DNA from: an archaeon | GTDB lineage: Archaea > Nanobdellota > Nanobdellia > WJKC01 | Direction of reading: 5' to 3' | Assembly (NCBI GenBank): GCA_014729335.1 | Contig: WJKC01000057.1 | Location: 1-34,022 of the forward strand | Length of the DNA: 34,022 nucleotides | In this document: in pieces, positions 17,768-24,933 of the stretch | How positions within the stretch are numbered: the first letter of the stretch is position 1 | Layout: every line of letters begins with the position of its first letter | Position numbers and translations under genes: made by a program | Notes under the pieces: model-generated | Told to the model about the DNA's origin: nothing | What the model saw: the letters and a program-made list of their open reading frames with translations, nothing else | Database searches by the model: none

Positions 17768-18154
17768 ATGAGTGAGTTTGGTATTGGTTTTCATCATGAG
17801 CTGCCTTTAACAGATAATGACCTTGTTTACTGGCTGGCTGAGGATGAGAAGTTATACTTTGCCCGTCGAAGTGATTATAATAGCACTGTTAAGGAGGTAT
17901 TAGTTAATGATTTGAGGGCTGATATGATTAACTTGTCACGCTTGCTTGTGAAGCCTGAGCTGGAGTTTAAGTTAAGAACAACAAATGAACTGGTTGGTTT
18001 TAGAAAGGCTAATAGCATTACTTACATGATTTTTGAAGGGGCGAGGGAGTTCTCTGCTGATAATATTCATTACTCTCTTGGCATCTTTAAGGGTTATTAT
18101 GAATTGTACTTTAAGGGTGATTATAAGAGTGATATATTGCCTCTTGTTAAGTGA
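17768..18154 (+). CDS. Hypothetical protein
   Basis: ATG at 17768 about 26 nt after TTTATTAA; the ORF-track start (17711) lies upstream of that TATA. Confidence 0.65.
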   Translation: MSEFGIGFHHELPLTDNDLVYWLAEDEKLYFARRSDYNSTVKEVLVNDLRADMINLSRLLVKPELEFKLRTTNELVGFRKANSITYMIFEGAREFSADNIHYSLGIFKGYYELYFKGDYKSDILPLVK

Positions 18155-21017
18155 TTAGTATTCCAGGCTTGCCAGGCATGGCTTGCCCTGCTTTCTTTTC
18201 CTTTGAGTTCTCCGCGTCTATTACCTCCATCTTGGCTCCGAACTCTTTTTCAAGGTAGTCCTTTGTCTGCACTATTGTCTCCAGCTCCCGGCTCTTTTCT
18301 ATTATTGTTTTTGGAATCCTTGACACGTCCTTGACTAGTGATTTTATTATCCTGGTTGCTTCCTTGCCGTGCTCCTTGACTGTCTTAACCTTCATTACTT
18401 CTTTGATTAACTTCTTGAAGTCTCGCTTGTTCTTTGACTTAACCACTTTTTTTATCAGCTCGTACTTCCAGTCATGGCTGATGAATAATGTAATCTTCCT
18501 CGGCTCTTTCTTAACCAGTTCAACTACCTCGTTGATATCGCTTATTAGGTTAATGATTATTTTTTCATAATTCTCTATTCCGGGCTTAATCATTGACTTC
18601 TTAATCTTTGGGTATTTTTTTAGCGACACGAACTCTTTGCTTCCTAGCTCCTCGTTTATCTCCTCGCATAAGTGGGGGATTATCGGCTCCAGGGCTATTA
18701 TCCATTTTGGAATAATGGTTCTTAAAACCGAATTGTAGTCTTTTACCGAGACCCTGTTGCGGTAGTAGTTAACCTCGTTTAGGAATTTGAAGAATATGTT
18801 AACAGCGTAGGCGCGGACCTCCATTTCTTCTCCCTGCTTCTTAGCATCTTTTAGCCTTGAGTAGAACCTTGAAACAATCCATTTGTCAATGTAGTCAAGC
18901 TTCTTCTTCGGCTTTGCCTTGGACGCTGCCATGCATAAGTTATAGAAGCTTTTGAGTTTATTCTTTACACTGGCGACTTCTTTTTCACGCCAGTCAGCTT
19001 GGGTGTCAATTTCGGTTGAACTGGTAACGTATAATCGGTAAAGGTCGGCTGAGTACTTCCTTGGGATGTCAATTAATGGTATAACGTTGCCTCTTGACTT
19101 GCTCATCTTAACCCCTTCTCTGCCGGTTAAGAACTCGTTAAAAGTCATTGCTTTTGGCCAGTGTTTCTTAGGGAAGATTAGGACGTGGTGCATGATGAAG
19201 AATATTAAGTGGTTGCCGATGTGGCCTGGTGCTGTGTGTCGCTGGTCATTAGGGTACCAGTAAGTGAATGACTCGCGCATTTTTTTTAAGACATTGACAG
19301 GCACCTTTGTCTTTTTTGCTAAAGACTTAACCCCTCCTTTTCCTAGGTAGACATAGTCAAATAATTCAGGGGTTAACTGTTTGGGTTTCACTTTATGTTT
19401 TCTTATTAGGTGGGCGATGGTGTAGAAGCTCATGTAGATTGTTGAGTCGCTCAGGCTCTCAATCATCCATTGTTTGTCAAACGGGAAGTGGGTGCCTAAT
19501 CCTCTTCTGCGCGCGCAGGGTCGCTTCTCAAGCCAGTCAAGCACGTCAAGGAACTGCTTGCGGTACTTCTCAGGGTAAATCCTCATAGAGGTCAGCAATC
19601 CATGCGCGTCTTTTTTCCACTTCTTGCTCGTGTAGTCAATGAACCACTGGTTGTTCAGCACAGCGATTATTACTTTGCCTCCGCAACGGCACTCGGCTTT
19701 GCGCGTGGTCTCGTAAAAGGTTAGTGCTTTGTCATCTTTTTTCAGCTTGTTTATCACTTGGTCTTTTATCTCTTTGATTCTTAACCCGCTGAACTCGCCG
19801 CACTTGTCATTAAGAACGCCTTTGTAGTACTCGTCCTTGTACACCTTCTTGGTTGCCTGCTCTATTAAGTCCTTGTCAGCCAGGCGCTTAACACCTAACT
19901 CCTTGCAGGCTTTAATTGCAGGCGCCTTGTCATAACCCTCTATGTCAATGATTGTCACCGGCTTTATTGATTTTACTTCTTTGGCTTTTAAGCCGTACTT
20001 TTTAATTTTCTGCTCACTCCCCTGCAGGTCTTTTAACCCTATGTAGTCCAGCGGGGCGTGAGCAGGCACTGAATATACTATTCCTGAGGCGGTGTCAGGG
20101 TCAACGAACTCGCCTGGCAGTACTGCCACGTTAGTGCCTATTGGCGTGTCAACGTGTTTGCCAATTAACTCCTTGCCAACGAATTCACTAATTTTTTTAA
20201 TGCCTTTTAGCTGGTACTCTGCTTTATCATAAGCCTCAGCGCTCATGATTAGTGTTTCATCCTTGTACTCTGCTTTAATATAAGTCTCGTCAGGGTTAAC
20301 CCATAAGTTGGTGATGCCGTAGATTGTCTCAGGTCTCAGGCTTGAGCCGATTAAGTATTCATCATCTAGTTTGAATTTTATTGCGGTGAATTCATTAATC
20401 TTTACTTTATCAGTGTCACCGTCCTTGATGTCATCCTCGCCAACCGCGTTCTCACAGTTAACGCAATAAGTGACTGGGTGGTCGCCTTTGGTGATGGCTT
20501 TCTTTTTCATTAACTTCTCGTACTGCCACTCGATGAACTTGTTATAGATTGGCTCGCCAGTATTGAACTTCATGCGCCAGTCAATGCTTAACCCGATGCT
20601 GTTAAAGTCATTGCTTATGACGCTGGCAAAATAGTCAGCCACGTTCTGCGGCTTGGTGAATGACTTTATTATCTTATCAACCTTTTTCTTGTTTGACTCG
20701 TATAATGAGACATAGTCATGGAATAGTTTAGTATATTTTTTATCCTTGTTTTTTATCCGCTCGCTGATAGCTAGTATCGGCGTGCCTGATATGTGGAAAG
20801 CCATTGGCCATAAGACGTTGTAGCCCATTTTCCGCTTGAACCTGGCAACGAAGTCAGCCACGCAGTAAGTCCTGCCGTGGCCCACGTGTAATGGCCCTGA
20901 AGTATAGGGGTAGGGCACGGTGAAGAAGAACTTCTTGCCTTTGCCAGTGCCTGGCTGGAATACTTTATTCTGTCTCCACTTGCTCTGCCATTTTTGCTCT
21001 ATTTTCTGCAGATTCAT
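18147..21017 (-). CDS. leuS: Leucine--tRNA ligase (archaeal/eukaryotic type)
   Basis: PYPYTSGPLHVGHGRTY, WPMAFHISGTPI, SSLRPET, VYSVPAHAP.DY editing domain, IESLSDSTIYM, KMSKSRGN, AMPGKPGI. Confidence 0.97.
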   Translation of the reverse strand: MNLQKIEQKWQSKWRQNKVFQPGTGKGKKFFFTVPYPYTSGPLHVGHGRTYCVADFVARFKRKMGYNVLWPMAFHISGTPILAISERIKNKDKKYTKLFHDYVSLYESNKKKVDKIIKSFTKPQNVADYFASVISNDFNSIGLSIDWRMKFNTGEPIYNKFIEWQYEKLMKKKAITKGDHPVTYCVNCENAVGEDDIKDGDTDKVKINEFTAIKFKLDDEYLIGSSLRPETIYGITNLWVNPDETYIKAEYKDETLIMSAEAYDKAEYQLKGIKKISEFVGKELIGKHVDTPIGTNVAVLPGEFVDPDTASGIVYSVPAHAPLDYIGLKDLQGSEQKIKKYGLKAKEVKSIKPVTIIDIEGYDKAPAIKACKELGVKRLADKDLIEQATKKVYKDEYYKGVLNDKCGEFSGLRIKEIKDQVINKLKKDDKALTFYETTRKAECRCGGKVIIAVLNNQWFIDYTSKKWKKDAHGLLTSMRIYPEKYRKQFLDVLDWLEKRPCARRRGLGTHFPFDKQWMIESLSDSTIYMSFYTIAHLIRKHKVKPKQLTPELFDYVYLGKGGVKSLAKKTKVPVNVLKKMRESFTYWYPNDQRHTAPGHIGNHLIFFIMHHVLIFPKKHWPKAMTFNEFLTGREGVKMSKSRGNVIPLIDIPRKYSADLYRLYVTSSTEIDTQADWREKEVASVKNKLKSFYNLCMAASKAKPKKKLDYIDKWIVSRFYSRLKDAKKQGEEMEVRAYAVNIFFKFLNEVNYYRNRVSVKDYNSVLRTIIPKWIIALEPIIPHLCEEINEELGSKEFVSLKKYPKIKKSMIKPGIENYEKIIINLISDINEVVELVKKEPRKITLFISHDWKYELIKKVVKSKNKRDFKKLIKEVMKVKTVKEHGKEATRIIKSLVKDVSRIPKTIIEKSRELETIVQTKDYLEKEFGAKMEVIDAENSKEKKAGQAMPGKPGILIT

Positions 21018-21250
21018 TATTTAACCTCAATCCCTGCTTTATTTATTATTTTTTCTAAATCATTAAAACTGCTTATTATTCCAATCATCTTAGCAGTAGT
21101 GCTTTCATCTTTTCCTATGCGGGGGTACTGGTATACCTCTTTGTTTTTGATTACGTAGGCATTAGCTGTTAGTTTCAGCACGTACGTTTCTGCAGGGTCC
21201 ATTTTCTCCGGCAGTTTTTCATAATCAAGGTGTATTGCGTTGAATGCCAT
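21017..21250 (-). CDS. Small hypothetical protein
   Basis: 77-aa ORF whose stop overlaps the leuS start by 1 nt. Confidence 0.6.
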   Translation of the reverse strand: MAFNAIHLDYEKLPEKMDPAETYVLKLTANAYVIKNKEVYQYPRIGKDESTTAKMIGIISSFNDLEKIINKAGIEVK

Positions 21251-21254
21251 AAGA

Positions 21255-21620
21255 TTAGTGAACCCTTTTTATACTCCATTCAATTTTTTCTTTTTTCTTA
21301 ATCATCTTTGTTATCTGTTTCTCCAGGAAAATCTCAGAGTCAGTGAAAGGCACTTTGAAGTTATTATTTCTCTCCCAGAAATAAGCAGGGTTATTATCAA
21401 CGCACTTGAATACTATGTAACTGCCTATTGTCTCAGCACTTATTCTTGGATTATAATCCTTAACCCTTATGATTCCATTGTAATCAACGTCTTTTTCATA
21501 ACACTTTATGATGTCCTGTATCATTTCTTTATGGTTTTGATAGAATTTCATCCAGGGCTTGTTAGGCTTGCTTGTATGATTAGGTATTTCATATACAGTT
21601 TTGCTTGTAGTTATCACCAT
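21255..21620 (-). CDS. Hypothetical protein
   Basis: Perfect GGAGGTGA SD (21635-21628) 7 nt before ATG at 21620. Confidence 0.7.
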   Translation of the reverse strand: MVITTSKTVYEIPNHTSKPNKPWMKFYQNHKEMIQDIIKCYEKDVDYNGIIRVKDYNPRISAETIGSYIVFKCVDNNPAYFWERNNNFKVPFTDSEIFLEKQITKMIKKKEKIEWSIKRVH

Positions 21621-21665
21621 GACTAATTCACCTCCAGTAATCAATTTTTTTTTTTTAAATAGAAG

Positions 21666-21714
21666 TGAAGCTAGTGAATTTATTACTGCAACCGCAACAA
21701 TAAACTTAGCTTCA
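21666..21714 (-). promoter_or_regulatory. Long imperfect hairpin, probable structured 5' leader or small RNA
   Basis: TGAAGCTA/TAGCTTCA, TTTATT/AATAAA and TGC-AACC-GCA nested stems; TTTATAAA at 21741-21748 with purine-rich BRE-like sequence on the minus strand. Confidence 0.5.
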
Positions 21715-21771
21715 TTATTTTACCCTTAAAAGACAATTCTTTTATAAACCTTTTCATTAAGTATTTCTGGA

Positions 21772-22959
21772 ATGGCTTTTAGTTTTATGCAGTTCTTGAA
21801 TGAGCGGATTGTTCATTTTAAGAAGATGGTTCCTTTATCAATCACCTTTTTTATTTACCTGCTGGGCTGGGGTTTTGTTTCGCCAATATTTAATATCAGG
21901 GTTAATGACGTGACCGGCTCTTTATCACTTTCAGGTATTATTTTTTCATTAGTTGGGTTGGTTGGTGTGTTCTCTGACCCCTTGGTGGGTTTGTTCTGTG
22001 ATCGGTATAATATTAAGAAGATGATACAGTTTAGCCTAGTCCTTTACTCAATCGTCTTCCTTATGTATTCAATAGCTGGTTCTTTTGAGTTCCTGTTCAT
22101 CACTAGGTTAATGCACGCTTTTGCCTTGTCGCTGCTTTGGACTAGCGGCTGGACTCTTACAAGGAGGTTAACTAAGGGCAGGTACGCTCAGGAGGAGATT
22201 AGTGCTTGGTCAAGTGTTCAGAACATGGCTTACATTCTGGGGCCGATCATTGGCGGTTTGATAATAACTATTTATTCTTGGCAGAGTGTTTTCTATCTTG
22301 GGTCTGTTTTTTCAATAATTAGTTTATTATATTTCACCTTTAAGGTTAAGATGCCGGTTAACCATAATTCCTGCCCTAAGACTTTCAAGGAGCAGTGGCA
22401 TAGTTTCTTTAAGGACCCTTCAGTGGCTTATAGGCTGATAGCTCTTAACCTTGTTTTATTCATTGCTTCAACATCTTTTTATTCATTCCTGCCAATACAC
22501 TTGGTTGACACGGGCGTTAGTATTGAGGGTGTGGCAATAATACTGGCTTTATCAACTACTGTTCCTTACATCTTGTTCCCAATAGTTATTGGCGTGGTGG
22601 CTGATAATTACGGCCGCAAGATACCAACGCTTTTTGGATTATTATTCATGGCACTGGGTTTGATATTCTTCACATGGATTAACACTTTCACTCAGTTCCT
22701 TTTCTACACCTTTGTTATCTATACTGGTGTAGTGTTTATTCAGATGAGTATTAACGCTGAATTAAATGATATGGTTTCAGAAAAAGAGGTTGGTGGTTTC
22801 ACTGGGATTTTTGAAGGATTTAAGGATTTTGGGATACTAATTGGTCCATTAGTTGTGGGTTTCATTTCAGCAGTCACTAGCATCACTTTTTCATTCTTAA
22901 TCCTAGGAGCGGTATGCACTTGTTCAATAATAGTTTTAAAAGGCTTTAAGAACTTCTAG
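21772..22959 (+). CDS. MFS transporter
   Basis: About 12 TM; GLFCDRYNIK and GVVADNYGRK motif A copies; GPIIGG. Confidence 0.93.
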   Translation: MAFSFMQFLNERIVHFKKMVPLSITFFIYLLGWGFVSPIFNIRVNDVTGSLSLSGIIFSLVGLVGVFSDPLVGLFCDRYNIKKMIQFSLVLYSIVFLMYSIAGSFEFLFITRLMHAFALSLLWTSGWTLTRRLTKGRYAQEEISAWSSVQNMAYILGPIIGGLIITIYSWQSVFYLGSVFSIISLLYFTFKVKMPVNHNSCPKTFKEQWHSFFKDPSVAYRLIALNLVLFIASTSFYSFLPIHLVDTGVSIEGVAIILALSTTVPYILFPIVIGVVADNYGRKIPTLFGLLFMALGLIFFTWINTFTQFLFYTFVIYTGVVFIQMSINAELNDMVSEKEVGGFTGIFEGFKDFGILIGPLVVGFISAVTSITFSFLILGAVCTCSIIVLKGFKNF

Positions 22960-22999
22960 TAAGTATTAAAAACAGGTTAATGCTTTTTTTTATCTTAAA

Positions 23000-23074
23000 G
23001 GGCCCGTAGCCTAGTCTGGATAGGGCGACAGGCTTCTAACCTGTAGGTCGGGGGTTCAAATCCCCCCGGGCTCA
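23000..23074 (+). tRNA. tRNA-Arg(TCT)
   Basis: Acceptor GGGCCCG/CGGGCTC, anticodon arm ACAGG-CTTCTAA-CCTGT, T arm GGGGG-TTCAAAT-CCCCC; CCA not encoded. Confidence 0.96.
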
Positions 23075-23090
23075 TACCTGAACTGCGGGG

Positions 23091-23111
23091 GGGGGACTTC
23101 GTCCCCCTTTT
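23091..23111 (+). terminator. GC hairpin plus T-run after tRNA-Arg (terminator-like, or a relative of the hairpin element)
   Basis: GGGGGAC-TTC-GTCCCCC-TTTT. Confidence 0.5.
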
Positions 23112-23172
23112 GATTTTCATTCATTATTGATAATGTAAAAGTTCTTTGGATAATCAGCTGTTGATGATAGTG

Positions 23173-24351
23173 TTATATGAATTTTTGCAGTATTGTTTGT
23201 TTCTCTCTTATTAGTTTGCTTTTTCTGAGGTCAAAACCTGTTAGTCTTTCAGTATAGGTCCGGGCTTGTTCATAATTGTTGAATTTTTTACTGTTCTGCA
23301 GTGCTTTCCTCACTGCTTCCCGCACGACCCAGACTCCTAGCGGCATGTAGTAGTCCTTTGTTATCTGCCTGATGACTAGGGCGCTGGCTTGAAGGTTGTT
23401 GGACGCGAGCCATTCAGTGATTGGCAGCCTGCTCGCGTAGTAGCCGCCCCCTGTGTTCTCAGCGTATTTTTTCCGACCGTTGAATTGTTCGTAATCAGTC
23501 ATTACTTGTGTTTCATTGCTGCTGAACACTGCCCCGGGCATCCACATCTCGATTAACTCGTAGCTCCAGAACCGGGGCATTAATAGGATTGTGAAGATGT
23601 TGCCAAAGTACTTGCCGTGGAATACCTGGTAGTAATCAATCACCTCGTTGTTTTTTAGTTTTTTAATATAATTCTTTCCAAGCGTGTCGTCAGTGGCTGT
23701 GATTGACCACCGCGTGGGTACTAGTTTTCGGTTTTTATCAACGCCTAGTGTGCCCGCGCTTAGGATGCTGCTTATCTCGTACTCTTCGAGTTCTTTTTGT
23801 TTTAGTATTATCATTGCCTCGCCTGCTTTTAAGTCAGTGTCGTAGTGTACTTTCTGGACCGCTTTTTTTATGCGCGGGTGGTCGTTGACTCTTAACTCTT
23901 TGACCTCGGCTGCTGGGCCGTAGGGTTGTGAGTGGATGTTGTAGTTGACTAATATTTTTGGCGCTTTTTTTAGTGATACATCAATGCTTAAGGGCTTGCT
24001 TGAGAGGGCTGATGACTGGACGTACTCGTTGAATCCTTTAACTTCTTTGATTTTAACCTTGTTCCTTGAGTTAACCAGGCTTGAACGGTAAGTCATGACG
24101 TCAATGATTGATGATTTATTATTAACCCACTCCCTGGGTCCTTTATTAGTTGTTGACTCGTGGGGTGAGAGCAGCCCGGCGTACACTTTTGGGTAGCCGT
24201 GCCAGCCGATGAACACGCCCGCTGTCTCTGATTTGAATTCTTTTTTTGGTTTAAGGGATTTCTTAATGTCTAGTTTAGCCAGCACCGGGCATCTTGGCAG
24301 CCCGCATTTTAGTCTGCCTTTGCATTTAACGCAGTCAAATCCTATCTTCAT
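23173..24351 (-). CDS. nreA: Nre-family DNA repair protein
   Basis: CVKCKGRLKCGLPRCP, VFIG..GYPKV, LVPTRWSITATDD, GGYYASRL, PLGVWVVRE, C-terminal PIP QTILQKF. Confidence 0.93.
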   Translation of the reverse strand: MKIGFDCVKCKGRLKCGLPRCPVLAKLDIKKSLKPKKEFKSETAGVFIGWHGYPKVYAGLLSPHESTTNKGPREWVNNKSSIIDVMTYRSSLVNSRNKVKIKEVKGFNEYVQSSALSSKPLSIDVSLKKAPKILVNYNIHSQPYGPAAEVKELRVNDHPRIKKAVQKVHYDTDLKAGEAMIILKQKELEEYEISSILSAGTLGVDKNRKLVPTRWSITATDDTLGKNYIKKLKNNEVIDYYQVFHGKYFGNIFTILLMPRFWSYELIEMWMPGAVFSSNETQVMTDYEQFNGRKKYAENTGGGYYASRLPITEWLASNNLQASALVIRQITKDYYMPLGVWVVREAVRKALQNSKKFNNYEQARTYTERLTGFDLRKSKLIREKQTILQKFI

Positions 24352-24478
24352 TAATATTAGATTGATTGTTGGGTGTATATAATACTAAGGGTTGGTTGTC
24401 CTTTAATACCCAATACTCTTAAATACTCATTGTACCTTAGAAAACTTTATAAGTGGTCGTGGAGGGATTTGTTTTATC

Positions 24479-24589
24479 ATGAGTGACGAGCTTGAGTTAA
24501 TAGAGGATGTTTCTGAGGATGATTCTGTTTACTCGCTTGAGGAAGAGGATGATGAGACGACTGAGACTATTAGGGCTTATATTGGTTGA
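24479..24589 (+). CDS. 36-aa highly acidic microprotein
   Basis: Not in ORF track. MSDELELIEDVSEDDSVYSLEEEDDETTETIRAYIG; GAAAAC-TTTATAAG BRE/TATA at about 24440-24453. Confidence 0.65.
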   Translation: MSDELELIEDVSEDDSVYSLEEEDDETTETIRAYIG

Positions 24590-24633
24590 ATAGATTACTT
24601 TATAAAATACTATCACTATTTATTTTTTATAGC

Positions 24634-24757
24634 GGGGTCATAGTCTAGTCTGGCAGGACAACCGGCTCCAGACGATTCTTCGTATTGGAGCGCTGATTCA
24701 ATAATTTGGAGATGACGAAGATACCGGTTAACCGGGGTTCGAATCCCTGTGACCCCA
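24634..24757 (+). tRNA. tRNA-Trp(CCA) with 51-nt intron at canonical 37/38 (24672-24722)
   Basis: Acceptor GGGGTCA/TGACCCC, anticodon stem ACCGG/CCGGT around CTCCAG^A, T arm CGGGG-TTCGAAT-CCCTG; TTTTATAAAA promoter upstream. Confidence 0.93.
24672..24722 (+). ncRNA. Intron-encoded box C/D guide RNA predicted to direct Cm34 of tRNA-Trp
   Basis: Guide TGGAGC complementary to GCTCCA, D-box CTGA (24693-24696), C-like ATGACGA (24712-24718); the D+5 rule lands on C34. Confidence 0.7.
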
Positions 24758-24819
24758 TTTCACTGGGTGCCAAGAGTTCTCTTCTTTTGAGCACCTGTGA
24801 CCCCATTTCACTGGGTGCC
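24746..24819. repeat. 26-bp exact direct repeat of the tRNA-Trp 3' end and trailer flanking a 22-bp insert
   Basis: CCTGTGACCCCATTTCACTGGGTGCC at 24746-24771 and 24794-24819; insert AAGAGTTCTCTTCTTTTGAGCA. Confidence 0.92.
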
Positions 24820-24933
24820 GGGGGAGGGGTCTTTCTGAGGACTTAAGCATGGATAGACAGTTTTATACATTCTAGTAATATATGATTTAGATAACCAAAA
24901 CCTTTTTAAATTAGGCGTTAGAAAGAACTGTTG

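Noticed and set aside
9471-19263. ORFs 9471-9692, 9987-10172, 11554-11928, 12022-12291, 13015-13212, 14550-14753, 18331-18570, 19066-19263
   Set aside because: Antisense shadows of well-supported genes.
21240-21626. + strand 128-aa ORF
   Set aside because: Antisense to the minus-strand ORF, which has a perfect SD and fits the leuS operon.
21645-21656. T12 tract as a phase-variation switch
   Set aside because: Lies in a non-coding leader outside the promoter spacing; no evidence of length variation from one sequence.
9241-24819. Direct-repeat pairs as mini-CRISPR arrays
   Set aside because: Only two copies each, the repeats differ between loci and copy local functional sequence, the inserts rather than the repeats are related, and there are no cas genes.
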